Source: Pyrinomonadaceae bacterium
Lineage (GTDB): Bacteria; Acidobacteriota; Blastocatellia; Pyrinomonadales; Pyrinomonadaceae
Assembly (NCBI GenBank): GCA_046313635.1
Contig: JBKBYA010000006.1
Span: 128,001-192,000 of the forward strand
Reading direction: 5' to 3'
DNA: 64,000 bases
The notes beneath the pieces are model-generated. The model saw only the letters and a program-made list of their open reading frames with translations, was not told the DNA's origin and searched no databases. Position 1 is the stretch's first letter. Each line of letters opens with the position of its first letter. This document shows, piece after piece, positions 39,701 to 49,900 of the stretch. Position numbers and translations under genes: made by a program.

Positions 39701-41242
39701 AAGCAGGTGCTTTTCTTTTTCGCGGACGACCGACATCAGCGCCCGGACGTTGTCCGATCGGTAGAGATACTCGTTGTCGATCATGAACGGCTTGAACATC
39801 GCAAAGGCGTCCATCGTCTCTTTTGTCGTGCGTTCAAAATCCTCGACCGACTTGCGAATGTCGGAGACGATGTTGCCGATGCGGCCGCCGCCCCAGCGCG
39901 GCGTCGCGCGTTCGAGCAGGCGGTCGGCTCGCTTTGCGAGCTTGTTGAGCATCGGCGCCGAGGTGAGCTCGTACGTGCGCTGCTTGACGGGCGCGGCTTC
40001 GATCATTCCGGCGAGTTTGTTGACGACGGAATTGCCGGTTTCTTTCTCCTCGAAATGCTGTCGTTTGTAGAGCCCGACGAGACCGACGATGCGCTTCATG
40101 TCGTTCGGGTTCGAGTCACCCGACGACGCCTGAAACACGAGCGGCGGGTTGTCGTCGACCAGAGCGTTCATCGTCGCCGCGAGTATCACGCCGGCGACCA
40201 TATCGACCGGGATGATGTCGAGAATGAGCTTCTCATTCACGGGAATGATCGGCTGACCGCGCAGAGCGATCAGAATGAGCGGAGCGGTCGTCGTAAAGCC
40301 CTCGTTCCAGCCCGGGAATGGATACTGGACCGACGACTCGACGATCGAAGGCCGCACGAGCGTCTTTACGATGTCGTCCTGCGAGGCGATGATCTGCTCG
40401 GCGAGCGATTTGGAATAGGTGTAGATGTTGGTCCAGCCCCAGTACTCGGCGCGAGCGGCGCCGAGCTCGGTCGTGCGCTCGCGGATCCACATCTTGCGCT
40501 CGCGAAAGATCGCGGACTTGAGTTCCGATTCGTCGTCCGGGTCGCGGCCCTCCTCGATAAATCGCGCACGCGCCGCCTCGCGAAACTTTGCGATCTGCAC
40601 GGCATCGTCCGCCTCCTGACGTGCCTGCTCGCTAAGACGCGCGCAGTCCTCGACCTCGCGATTGACATCAAAGGTCGTCCCGACCAGTTCGTTCTTTCGC
40701 GGGAAGTAGCCGACGACCGGCTCGTTCTCCCAGATCGGCCCGCTGCGTTTGCCGGCGACAAAGCAGGTCGACACGTGCACCAGCCGAGGCTTTTTCATCA
40801 TCCGCGCAAGCTGGATGATGTTGTTCGATCCGACGACGTTCGTTCTGAGCGCGGACTCGAGCGGCGGATTGAAGGTCACGTTGCCGGCACCGTTGATGAT
40901 GATGTCGGTGTCCTGCATGATCTCGCGGGCAGTCGACTCGTCAAGACCGAGAAACTCGTTGCCGACGTCGCCGTTGACCGGCACGACCTTGGCACGAATG
41001 AACTCCTCGAACTTATCACCGTACTTCTCACGCAGCGGATCGAATGTCGGCGAAGTCACAATGCTCGTCCAGAAACGTGTGTTCGACTCGTTCTCGTCCC
41101 GAGCGCGCACGGTCGCGTACACCTTTCCGATGTCCGGAAAGTTATGCAGCAGCATCGACAACGTCACCTTCCCGACGAAACCGGTTCCGCCGATGAAGAA
41201 GATGTTTTTGCCCTTGAATATCTCTGTTGGTGAAAGTTTCAT
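36746..41242 (-). CDS. elbD: Multidomain fatty acyl reductase / acyl-AMP ligase / ACP / acyltransferase (ElbD-type ether lipid enzyme)
   Basis: Reductase: GGTGFVG, HVST, YTYSK, RPSIV, PGW. Adenylation: FTSGTTGTPK, GYGLTE, TGDLG. ACP: LGFDSL. PlsC: NHTSHLD, FPEG. Same domain order as Myxococcus ElbD. Confidence 0.88.
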   Translation of the reverse strand: MKLSPTEIFKGKNIFFIGGTGFVGKVTLSMLLHNFPDIGKVYATVRARDENESNTRFWTSIVTSPTFDPLREKYGDKFEEFIRAKVVPVNGDVGNEFLGLDESTAREIMQDTDIIINGAGNVTFNPPLESALRTNVVGSNNIIQLARMMKKPRLVHVSTCFVAGKRSGPIWENEPVVGYFPRKNELVGTTFDVNREVEDCARLSEQARQEADDAVQIAKFREAARARFIEEGRDPDDESELKSAIFRERKMWIRERTTELGAARAEYWGWTNIYTYSKSLAEQIIASQDDIVKTLVRPSIVESSVQYPFPGWNEGFTTTAPLILIALRGQPIIPVNEKLILDIIPVDMVAGVILAATMNALVDDNPPLVFQASSGDSNPNDMKRIVGLVGLYKRQHFEEKETGNSVVNKLAGMIEAAPVKQRTYELTSAPMLNKLAKRADRLLERATPRWGGGRIGNIVSDIRKSVEDFERTTKETMDAFAMFKPFMIDNEYLYRSDNVRALMSVVREKEKHLLPWYPEKLDWYDYWLNVHFPGMRKWVLPTLEEELKAQERRSYTYKDLLDLFDTATKRFPTRVAMRIERGGRKEQYTFEDVRELTLRAAGFFAASGIQQGDRIILCSNNMPEWGMTYFGILKAGATVIPIDPASSVDEIVNFAVKGEASAIVLSPKLAREHPDLAERLAEAGARMPSSAMSAKHEKNSAADGDVDLGVRVPVWTFDEVFEMPSEIEEASRLALLPPKVLGNAVASLIFTSGTTGTPKAVMLSHKNFTNMVSMLSSVLDMDITDGVLSVLPMHHTFEFSAGFLTPFSNGTQITYLDELSSDELSRAIENGHVTGMVGVPALWEMLHRRIKTRLRENGDWIADIADNIIEFNAWLRDNTPFNLGPIVFFPIHQGMGGKMRYLISGGSALSEKVQKDLHGLGFTVLEGYGLTESSPVLTVARPANKLMRGSVGKPLPGVEVKIDNPDENGVGEVLARGQNVMLGYYKNDEATEAVLQDRWLRTGDLGRLDEDGNLYIVGRSKDVIIDSNGKNIYPDEIEELYGKSGFIKELSVVGLPDDDGGEKIAALVVPDYEHDIALSRIEVNKKVEEHFREVSAALPFFKRVKVLHITPFELPRTATRKVKRPEVVEMLRSLEERSRKKTKAAVEAKGDDNSLWIRKIVATVSNRPLSDVALEDKLTDLGFDSLMFVELQAAVEDAGGRVLSPDTLNEVQTVRELLTVTKRLDRSKRLADEPRVEEKKVEEEIVIPGIVRRIGNAIVDLAQETLYEGVLNTEIDGQGNVPMHTNFIVAPNHTSHLDTGLVKKALGKDVADQTVAVAAADYWFDTKYKRAYMNNFTTLVPIERTGSLRQSLRHVTQILNEGYNALIFPEGGRQESGQIAEFKPIIGYLALNQKIGILPIYIWGTYEAFPKGMIIPKRTSIGARVGAKVGRFLEYDELRKMTEGVPNTEAYRLVAARVQHEVENLRDGRRDKFDVDAIRKQWRAERRRSRKQEPVIED
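39104..39194 (-). repeat. Degenerate in-frame REP doublet of the RAYT-flanking family
   Basis: CGGAACGCGGACGCCCAGGTCCACA ... CTCATTGCGGACGAGGGCATCCGCGCTCCG; reads GARMPSSAMS...DLGVRVP. Confidence 0.85.
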
Positions 41243-41247
41243 GATTC

Positions 41248-41423
41248 CCGTCGCATAGCCGACGGCCCGAATTTAGCCGTGGCCTTAAGGCCACGCAATG
41301 TCGTCCCATTTTCCGGCCGCGTCAGCGGCCGCTGAATTATTCGTGCGCCGCTAACGCGGCGCGTTTGCTTTGTCCGTGACCGTGGCCTAAAGGCCACGGC
41401 TAAATTCCTCAACCGCTACGCGG
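41248..41423. repeat. REPIN/MITE-like palindromic doublet inside the operon
   Basis: 41269-41295 GAATTTAGCCGTGGCCTTAAGGCCACG and 41381-41407 are inverted (26 of 27); further nested hairpins. Confidence 0.85.
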
Positions 41424-41461
41424 CCAAAAATACACGCGAGGACCGACAGTCTGCACTACTC

Positions 41462-43063
41462 TCAATCCGTCACGCTGCACAACCCGATCATCGGCTGATG
41501 CAGCATTGTGATCTCGGCGTTGCGGCCCATGTAGCTGCGGGCCATCGCGATGGCCTCGGTTAAATTGTCGGCGCGTTCCCAGCCGAGCATTTCGGGGACG
41601 TGGGCGTTCTCCGCTCCGGCGACGATCACCTTGCCGACGTGCTGGCGGCCGTTTTCGCCCCAGTACCACATAAAGAAAGGGTGAGCGCCGTGATACGCGT
41701 TGCCTCGGCGGTACATCTCGACGTAGGCCGGGTTGGTAGCGAATTCGCGTTCGTACTTCTCTCGCAGGTAAAACGCGTCGCGCGACTCGGGCAGCAGCCG
41801 ATGGAAAAATTCGATGTACGACGGATGAAAGTTGTGATCGAACTCGTCAAAGCAAGGATGCGTGATGACCATAACGCCGCCCTTCCGCAGCAGCGGCTTG
41901 TTGCGATACATGTTGAAGTGATACCCCAACGCCATCACCTGCACGAGCAGCGGATTGAGCGCCGAATAGACGTTGTACGGCGAGATGTCGGGAATGCCGG
42001 TGATCAGGATGTCGCACTGGCCTTTGACCGGGATCTCGTACTGCCGGTAATTGAGCTCGAGGATCTTTTCGTGGACGGGCTCGGTGCGGCCGGCAAAGCA
42101 GCCGATCAGCTCGTACTGCGCCGGAATGGCGTGCAGCATCTTGCGGCGTGCGGCCCGCGGGAGCTTTGAGAACGTGCGCTTCATCGCCTCCCACTTCATC
42201 CGGTCGGCGAACGAAAATTCGTCCTCGTTGCGCGTCAGGATGTCGTAGCCCTCGGGAAACATCTTGTTGTTGAGCGCCGTCTCGATGTGAAAGACCTTGC
42301 AGTGCTCGTCGACTAGCTTGCCGAGCCGGACGACCTTGTGATTCAACTCCGACGCCGGCGGGTCCATGTACGAGTGCGAATCGCGGATCGTCTGCGGCTC
42401 GTGGTGCGCACGCAGCGATTCGTAATCGCACAAGCCGACCGCGACCGACTTGTGCCCGCCATCCATCGGTACAAGATTGATGTTGAGATAGATGAGCAGG
42501 TCGCTCTCGGCCGCGCGGCGGTTAACGCGAAGCGGCTCGTTGTGCCGCGTGTGGCCGAGCGTGATCAGGCCGGCGTCGTCCTCGGCGTCGTGATTGTAGT
42601 ACCGGTCGGGATAGTACTCGTCAAAGATCGCCTTGCCGACCATCCGCTTCATTTCCCACTCGGTCATCTTGCGGTGGAGCGAGTTGGCGATGATGAGATG
42701 AATGTCGTGGACGCCATTCGCCGCGCACATATCGAGCACGACCTCGAGCATCGTCTGCCGCAGGTCGGGCGTCGCCATCGGCGGCAGCGGCAAAGAGATG
42801 TCGTCCATCGCGATGGTCACGCGCATTCCGGGCTCGAGCAGCGCGTAGAGCGGCTCCATCTCGAGCGGGTGATTCACCGCGTAACGGATCGCGGCCTCGC
42901 GATTGGGCAGCCCTTTGATCGGCGGATTCGGATAGATCACCCGCGTGCCGATCGGAATGTCCTCGAGAATAAAGTCCTCGCCATTCGGCATGATCCGCGG
43001 TGCGGAGTCTTTGTCGATATAGACGATCGATTCGTGTGTTTTGCGTCGTAATTGTAAGGCCAT
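41462..43063 (-). CDS. LarA/DUF2088 lactate-racemase-domain protein (ElbC-like by position)
   Basis: [39 protein letters not shown]. Confidence 0.78.
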   Translation of the reverse strand: MALQLRRKTHESIVYIDKDSAPRIMPNGEDFILEDIPIGTRVIYPNPPIKGLPNREAAIRYAVNHPLEMEPLYALLEPGMRVTIAMDDISLPLPPMATPDLRQTMLEVVLDMCAANGVHDIHLIIANSLHRKMTEWEMKRMVGKAIFDEYYPDRYYNHDAEDDAGLITLGHTRHNEPLRVNRRAAESDLLIYLNINLVPMDGGHKSVAVGLCDYESLRAHHEPQTIRDSHSYMDPPASELNHKVVRLGKLVDEHCKVFHIETALNNKMFPEGYDILTRNEDEFSFADRMKWEAMKRTFSKLPRAARRKMLHAIPAQYELIGCFAGRTEPVHEKILELNYRQYEIPVKGQCDILITGIPDISPYNVYSALNPLLVQVMALGYHFNMYRNKPLLRKGGVMVITHPCFDEFDHNFHPSYIEFFHRLLPESRDAFYLREKYEREFATNPAYVEMYRRGNAYHGAHPFFMWYWGENGRQHVGKVIVAGAENAHVPEMLGWERADNLTEAIAMARSYMGRNAEITMLHQPMIGLCSVTD

Positions 43064-43069
43064 AGATCT

Positions 43070-43101
43070 GTAGCCAGTAGTCGGTAGCCGGTAGTCAGTA
43101 G
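43070..43101. repeat. GTAGYCR heptamer arm downstream of the four-helix-bundle gene
   Basis: GTAGCCA GTAGTCG GTAGCCG GTAGTCA GTAG. Confidence 0.88.
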
Positions 43102-43103
43102 TT

Positions 43104-43460
43104 TTATTTTGCGTTCCTCACCGAGCGCATATAAGAGTCAAGCATCTTGCTTATCTGCTCGACACGATCCCTTAGATCCGTTGTGTCGCCGTAGCCAAGG
43201 TCGCGAGCTGGAATTAGGTAATAGCGACACTCCTCGAGCGATCCTTGGGCGATGTTGTAATACCTCAATTTGTCAGACAACCCGATCTTTTTGAATCCTT
43301 CGGCAAAGTTTGCCGGCACCGAAACCGCCGCCCGGCGCAATTGCGACGTTAGTCCAAACATCTCCTGCTTTGGAAACGACTCCGAAAATTCATAAACCTC
43401 AAGAACCCACTTGTGGGCCAGCTGCCACAATTCAACATCCTCAAAGGTCCTCGACGTCAT
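43104..43460 (-). CDS. Four helix bundle protein (23S rRNA IVP family)
   Basis: [50 protein letters not shown]. Confidence 0.93.
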   Translation of the reverse strand: MTSRTFEDVELWQLAHKWVLEVYEFSESFPKQEMFGLTSQLRRAAVSVPANFAEGFKKIGLSDKLRYYNIAQGSLEECRYYLIPARDLGYGDTTDLRDRVEQISKMLDSYMRSVRNAK

Positions 43461-43466
43461 AACGAT

Positions 43467-43498
43467 CTACCGACTACTGTCTACCGGCTACCGTCTAC
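43467..43498. repeat. Inverted heptamer arm upstream of the four-helix-bundle gene
   Basis: CTACCGA CTACTGT CTACCGG CTACCGT CTAC; matches the other arm at 26 of 32; contains the HAD gene stop. Confidence 0.88.
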
Positions 43499-44169
43499 TT
43501 AAGATCGAGGATCGCCCAGTCGTGCTGCAGCGCCGTCTGCTTCAAACGGAAATCCGGATTCACCGCCACCGGGTGTCCGACGATCGAGAGCATCGGCAGA
43601 TCGGAGATCGAGTCGGAGTACGCATACGATTCCGACAGGTTGATATTCTCCCGCTCGGCATACTCGCGGATCCATTTGGCCTTGGTCGCCGACGCCATCA
43701 CCGGCGGCAGGACGCGGCCCGTGGCTTCGCCGTTGACGAACTCGAGCCGGTTGGCGACGTAGTCGTCGATGCCGAGATGGTCCATCAGCCGTGCGATCGT
43801 AAAATCCAAAGCTCCCGTCAGCACGACCTGACGCTGGCCGATCTTTTTGCCCTGGGCGATCAACTCTCGCGTGCCGTCGAAGACGGCCGGCTTGAGCACC
43901 TCTTCGAACAGCTCGTCCGAAAAGAAACGCAGACGGTCCTGCGACATCCCCTCGTAGCTGCGGAAAAAGACCTCGTTAAAAACGTTTCTCGAGTACAGGT
44001 CGGTGATGCCAAAGAACGGCAGCTTTGCCAGCGTGCTGACGCTCTTTTTGGTCGTCTGCCAGAGGCCCTGCTGCCGGCGAGCGTAAAAGGCCAGCGTGTG
44101 AACGAGATTTGTGCTGACGAGCGTCCCCTCTAGGTCGTAAAAGGCCGCGGCTTGTCCGTTTCTATTCAT
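43495..44169 (-). CDS. HAD-IB family hydrolase/phosphatase (ElbB-like by position)
   Basis: AFYDLEGTL, LTGA, K, YAYSDSISDLPML..VGHPVAVNPD. Confidence 0.9.
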   Translation of the reverse strand: MNRNGQAAAFYDLEGTLVSTNLVHTLAFYARRQQGLWQTTKKSVSTLAKLPFFGITDLYSRNVFNEVFFRSYEGMSQDRLRFFSDELFEEVLKPAVFDGTRELIAQGKKIGQRQVVLTGALDFTIARLMDHLGIDDYVANRLEFVNGEATGRVLPPVMASATKAKWIREYAERENINLSESYAYSDSISDLPMLSIVGHPVAVNPDFRLKQTALQHDWAILDLK

Positions 44170-44247
44170 TCGAGCTTGTGTGCTACTGTAATGGCGCCCC
44201 TGGATCGCTGGAAATAAGCTACGAATATAACAGACTCGGCCACCTTT

Positions 44248-45051
44248 GTGTATTTCCTCGGCGAAAAATTCAAGTATCATTACATTTTAATTACAATTGT
44301 AATTACATTGTGCGGCCTCGCCTCCTGCGGCCGGCGTTCGGCCTCGCAAAATGTGCCGCCGGCGATGCCCGCCGAGCAGATCTCGGCCGAGCTCGCGCGG
44401 GCCGATGCTCTTTTTCAACAGCGGGAGGCCGTCGCTAAGCTCCGCGAGGCGCGTCAGATCGCCGCGGCTCTCCGCAACGCCGACCACCGCAGCTTCGAGG
44501 TCGAGTGGAAGTTCGCAAAGTACAGCTGGTTTCTCGGCCAGCAGCTCTCGGACGAGGAAGAACGCACGAAGGTCTTTGAACAGGGCCGCGACGCCGGGCT
44601 CATCGCGTCGGCCATCGCTCCGGACCGGCCGGACGGATATTTCTGGTACGGCGCAAACCTCGGCGAGCTCGCAAGGATGAGCCCTGTCACCGTCGGTTAC
44701 GGCTCGGTCGACAAGATCGAGGCGGCGATGGACCGCGTCATCGAGCTCGACCCGGGCTATCAGGGAGCGAGCGCCTTCGACGTGCTGGCGCTGATCGAGC
44801 TCAACACGCGCCTCTTCGGCGGCGAGGCGAGCAAGGCCGCGAGCCTGCTCGAAAAGGCGCTCGAGTACGAAAAGAACAATTCAACTCTGCGGCTGCATCT
44901 CGCCCAGGCCTATCTCGACCTTAACAAGCTCGACGCAGCACGCGCGCAGCTCGACTACATTGTTAAGATGAGGCCCGATCCGGAATACGAGATCGAGCAC
45001 CGCGCCGCGCTCGAACAGGCAAGGCGGCTACTGGCCACGCGGCTCAGATAG
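44248..45051 (+). CDS. TPR-containing lipoprotein
   Basis: Lipobox LASC, TPR-like helices (GYFWYGANLG, IELDPGY). Confidence 0.75.
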   Translation: MYFLGEKFKYHYILITIVITLCGLASCGRRSASQNVPPAMPAEQISAELARADALFQQREAVAKLREARQIAAALRNADHRSFEVEWKFAKYSWFLGQQLSDEEERTKVFEQGRDAGLIASAIAPDRPDGYFWYGANLGELARMSPVTVGYGSVDKIEAAMDRVIELDPGYQGASAFDVLALIELNTRLFGGEASKAASLLEKALEYEKNNSTLRLHLAQAYLDLNKLDAARAQLDYIVKMRPDPEYEIEHRAALEQARRLLATRLR

Positions 45052-45076
45052 AGGCGGTACGTTCAAAAGTCAGAAT

Positions 45077-45571
45077 ATGCGACGTGCACTTTTTCCAGGC
45101 TCATTCGACCCGGTCACCAACGGCCATCTCGACATTATCAGGCGAGCGGCTCCGCTATTTGACGAGATCGTGATCTCGGTGCTCAACAATCCTGAGAAGC
45201 AGCCGATGTTCAGCGTCGACGAGCGGTGCTCGATGCTCGAAGAGATCCTCGCGGCGATGCCGCATGACGGATGCCGATTCGTGGTCGAGAGCTTTTCGGG
45301 TTTGACCGCGGATTTCGCGCGGCAGAAGGGAGCGGCGGCGATCATTCGCGGCATTCGCGCGGTCGGCGATTACGAGTACGAGCTTCGGATGGCGATGATG
45401 AACCGGCGCCTGCAGCCCGACATCGAAACCGTGTTTCTCACCGCGGCCGACGAGTACTCCTTCGTCTCGTCGAGTTTGATGAAGCAGGTCTTTGAGCTCG
45501 GCGGCCGCGTCGACGGTCTCGTGCCCGAGCTCGTGATTGCAAAGATGAAAGAAAAGTTCACGGCAAAATGA
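45077..45571 (+). CDS. coaD: Phosphopantetheine adenylyltransferase
   Basis: FPGSFDPVTNGHLDII, IRGIR..DYEYE, VSSS. Confidence 0.97.
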   Translation: MRRALFPGSFDPVTNGHLDIIRRAAPLFDEIVISVLNNPEKQPMFSVDERCSMLEEILAAMPHDGCRFVVESFSGLTADFARQKGAAAIIRGIRAVGDYEYELRMAMMNRRLQPDIETVFLTAADEYSFVSSSLMKQVFELGGRVDGLVPELVIAKMKEKFTAK

Positions 45572-45659
45572 CGGCTCGGTCCGCCGCGGCGGCACGATCG
45601 AGACCCAGCAGACCGGGCCGAGTCTGCATATAACGCCGCCTGTGTGGCAGAATGACCTT

Positions 45660-46868
45660 ATGAGCTCGTTTCCCGTTTCCGACAATGTCGCCGCGATGCG
45701 GTCGTCGTCGACGTTAAAGGCCGCGCAGGCGGCCGCAAGACTCCGCGAGCAGGGCGTCGACGTGATCGACCTCACGGTCGGAGAACCTGACTTTGAAACA
45801 CCGGAATTCGTCAAGCAGTACGCGGTCGAGGGCCTACGGCACGGACTGACGAAGTACACGCCGGTCGCGGGGCTGAATATGTTTCGCGAGTCGATCGCGG
45901 CGTTTTACGCCGAGCGTTTCGGTGCGGGCATCGCGCCGTCGCAGGTGACCGCAGCGTGCGGCGGCAAGCAGGGACTCTTTAATGCGGCGTGCACGATCCT
46001 CGATCCGGGCGACGAGCTGCTTATACCGAAACCGTACTGGGTGACCTTCCCCGAGATCGGCGCATTTTGCCGGGCAAAGAACGTATTTATCGAGACCCAA
46101 GAAACGGATTTCATCCTCACCGCCGATCAGGTCCGCGACGCGATCACCGAACGCACCAAACTGCTCATCATCAACTCGCCGAATAATCCGACGGGCCGTG
46201 TAATACCGGCCGGCGAGATCCGCAGGATCATCGAGACGTGCGCCGAGCGCGGCGTGTACGTGCTGACCGACGAGTGTTACCTGTTTTTCGCGTATCCGCC
46301 GGCCGAGGTCTTTACGTCGGCCGTGCTGCCGGACGAGCTCAGAGAGTTTGTGTGCGTCGGCGGCAGCTTTTCAAAGACGTATGCGATGACCGGCTGGCGG
46401 ATCGGCTATACGATCGCGAACGCCGAATGGACCGGCGCGATCAACAAGCTCCAGAGCCACTCGGCCACGCACCCGACGTCATTCGTCCAGTACGCCTGCG
46501 CTAAGGCGCTTGCCGACCACCATGCGTCGATCGATGCGGTCAACCTGATGCTCGCCGAGTACGAGCGGCGGCGGCAATGGCTTATCCCGGCGCTCAACGA
46601 GGTGCCGGGCTTCAAATGCGCTGTGCCTGAAGGCGCGTTCTACGCATTTGTCGACGTCCGCGAGCTGATCGACGGACGCGAGATGAAGACATCCGGCGAC
46701 GTTGCCGATCGAATGCTCGATGGAGCGCACGTCGTCGCGACCGACGGCGCCGCCTTCGGTGCCGAAGGATTCCTTCGAATTTCGTACGCGACGTCTATGG
46801 AGAATTTAAAAAATGCGATCAATAAGTTGAATGAGCTCTTTGGATGCGCATCCAAAGTGGCCTCTTGA
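45660..46868 (+). CDS. PLP-dependent class I aminotransferase (AspC-like)
   Basis: GEPDF, NSPNNPTG, DECY, SFSKTYAMTGWRIG, GAFY, LRISYA. Confidence 0.93.
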   Translation: MSSFPVSDNVAAMRSSSTLKAAQAAARLREQGVDVIDLTVGEPDFETPEFVKQYAVEGLRHGLTKYTPVAGLNMFRESIAAFYAERFGAGIAPSQVTAACGGKQGLFNAACTILDPGDELLIPKPYWVTFPEIGAFCRAKNVFIETQETDFILTADQVRDAITERTKLLIINSPNNPTGRVIPAGEIRRIIETCAERGVYVLTDECYLFFAYPPAEVFTSAVLPDELREFVCVGGSFSKTYAMTGWRIGYTIANAEWTGAINKLQSHSATHPTSFVQYACAKALADHHASIDAVNLMLAEYERRRQWLIPALNEVPGFKCAVPEGAFYAFVDVRELIDGREMKTSGDVADRMLDGAHVVATDGAAFGAEGFLRISYATSMENLKNAINKLNELFGCASKVAS

Positions 46869-46963
46869 ACGTTCGAAAGTCGCAAGTAGAGCCGGCTGTC
46901 CGCCGGCTCTGCTCGTGTCGGCACCTGGGGAATGCCGCGGCTTTTGCCCGGCCCGGTACGTCC

Positions 46964-49900
46964 CTACGGAAGGGACGTAAAATCGATCTCCCGGCGCTCG
47001 GCTTCGAGAAAAACTACTAACGTCGGGTCGCGAAAGACTCGCCCCTTTGCAAAGACGGTGACGAAGTAGGTTTCTCCAGCTTTCAGACCCTTTAGCTCGT
47101 AACCGCCCATCTGGTCGGTGACGGCCCGCATCGGCTCTCGAAGTTGGCCGCCGGATACTTCGACGACCGCCTCTGTAAGCGGCTGCCCGTCCGCATCCAT
47201 CACGCGTCCCACGATTCCGGCGTCGCTCGTCGTGGACAATTCGTGAGCAATAAAATCGAGATCGTCGATCGACTCATTGACACTGATCACGCGCGATGAG
47301 GTCAGGAATGTGTATCCCCTGTGCCTGACCGAAACGACGTACGTCGCCCCTGCCGGAACCTCAGTAAAGCGATAGAATCCGAAGCCATTCGAACGCGCCG
47401 TCCGGATCTGTCCGTTCAGGTCGTTCAGCTCCAGCATCGCCTTATAAACCGGAAGCCCCGATGCGGTCATAACGCGCCCGCTGACCTCGACCGTCGCGGA
47501 CGTCGGAGCGAGCGGCGAGAGCAGGGTCCAGTCGGAGAATTCGGTGATCGGACTGCTCGTTGTGATCGTGTTTGCCGTTGCGTCGAGCGTCGCGGGCACG
47601 GTATCGAAAAGCGTACCGCTGCCCGTATAGCGTTTTAATTCGAGCGAGCTCTCTGGAATAGAGGGGGGCAGATCGACCTCCAGATAATTGAATGTCAGCA
47701 CCGCGCTCAACGTGCCGGTCTTCGTCAATCGCCAAAACCGTCTGAGAGCGCCGTTTCCGTTCGGCGCGTTCGGATGCGCCGTCTCTTCAGCTCTGACCTT
47801 TAACGTCGAGTTCGACGTTCCGACAAATGCGTTCACCGTTACGGGCGAGTAACCGTTTGCCGTACCGACGTCGAAGGTCTTGACGTCAGCGGATGGAAAA
47901 TCGCGCTGCAGATTCCCGATGATAAAGCCGCTCGTGCGTACTACGGGACGGCCGCCGACATTGACCGTGAACGCGCCGGTAGTGAAAGTGCCGTTGGCTA
48001 GAACAAAACTTGAGGGCGCTCCCTGACTGATGTCCAGATCGCTTGCCAGAGTGACGGTGCCGCCCGATTTATCGAGCGTCCATATGCCTTGCGGTGCGGC
48101 GCCGGCGTTCGTGAACGTCTGATTGGCCGCGCCGCTAAACTTGAAATTCAACCCGGTCGGGAAAAAACTCGACGCGATCGTGACGTTTCCCTGAGCGTCG
48201 TAGGTTCCAGTATTGGGGGCCTGGGTCATCTGCAGCAACAGCGTACCGACGGTGCGCACGACGTTTGAGTTGAGCGCGAGATGTTCGGCGACCGTCAGAT
48301 TGTTAAGAACGATCGTTCCCGCTCCTCTGAGCGCCGACGGTGCGGCGACCAAGAGCGTACCGCCGTTATGGTTGAAAGTTCCGTTCGTGTGCGGGTCAAA
48401 GTGTGTCGACCTGAGCGTGGTTGTGCCGGAAGTAGCCGTGAAACTTCCCGACAAGACCTCGAACCTCCCGTTGATCTCGAGCGGAGCGCTGCTCCCGTTA
48501 AAGGCGCCGCCGGTCTGCGAGTATGTAGAATTCCAAACGATCGCGCCGCTGCCCTGCGTGAAATTTGTTGCCAGTTGAAAACTACCGTTGAAGGTAAGAT
48601 CGACCGCGCCGGTTGTGATCGCGGCGGCGTTTTGAAAACTCACCGGGCGGTCAAAGACGATGCCGCCCGCTCCACCGATGTTGACGGTAGTGTTAGGCGC
48701 ATTGACGCGCAGTTGCGGCAGACTCGCTCCTGCCGGTATCGTTACCGCCCGCGTTGCCGTGCCTCCCAAAAGCAGCTCTCCCAGTCCGCCGTCAAAGTTG
48801 CTGCTGATCGAGACGTTGGTTCCGCGAGCGTCGAGCGTCCCGTTGTTAAGAGTTCCGTCAAGCAGGCTCACATCGTCGGCGACGACATTGTTGATGAGAT
48901 TAACACCCGCGCCGCCTGATTTGTTGATCACGAGATCACCCGCATCGATGTGGGTGGGAATTGTCAAATTCGAGCTGGTCGCGCCCGCAAGAGTCATGAC
49001 GCCGTTCTGAGTCATATTGCTAAGCGTCAAATTACCTTGCACGACCAGATTCCCGCCGGACGCGATGTTCAAAAAGCCGCCCGGCTGGTCAAGACCGTTG
49101 GTCCCGACATTCAACGCCACGCCGTTCGGTACTGACACGGTGCCCGTATAGCCGCTATTGATCCGCACGCCGCCGACCGTCGCTGTTTGATCTATCGTTG
49201 CAAATTTCGACGAAGTGTTATCAAAAACGATGGTGTCGACAGCCAGCGGAACGGTGTTCCGCAGCCAGTTCGCGCCTTCCGAATAATTGTTCGTCGTGCC
49301 GCCGCCGTCCCATTTGATCGGCAGGCATCCTGTGTCGAAGGTCCAGTTCGCTCCATTGGTCGGCGTGTTAGTGCCGCCGAAGACGGTGATCGCGGCCGTG
49401 CCGGCCTGATCCTTGACATCCGCGTCCTGAACGAGGAATAGTCCGGTCCCCGTCCAGCTGCGCGGCGTCCCCGCAACGGTCGAGCGGATCTGCACCGCGT
49501 CCGCCTCGCCGCATGCGGCGGTGGTGCCGTCGATGTCGATCATCCCGCCGCTGTTCGAGACGCTCCCGGCAAGGAAAATATCGCCTGTACCGTAATTGCG
49601 CCAGGTCGCGTTTGCGCCTTGCAGGTTGACGCCGGCCGCCGTCAGGTCAAAGGACGGGCCCTGATTAAATTCGCCCGAAACGATATTTAACGTCTGCGAC
49701 AGTGTGAGGTTGCTGGCGAGCGTCAGCGCTCCGCCGGTCTTGTTTATCGTCCACGTCCCGGTCGGCGTGCTTCCCCCTGCATTGGTGTAGGTCTGATTGT
49801 TCGCTCCGCTAAATCTGAGATTGACTGGGCTGCTTTGAAAGGCCGTGCCTATCGAGACATTTCCCCGCGCGTCGAACGTTCCGGCGCTGGAGATTACACC

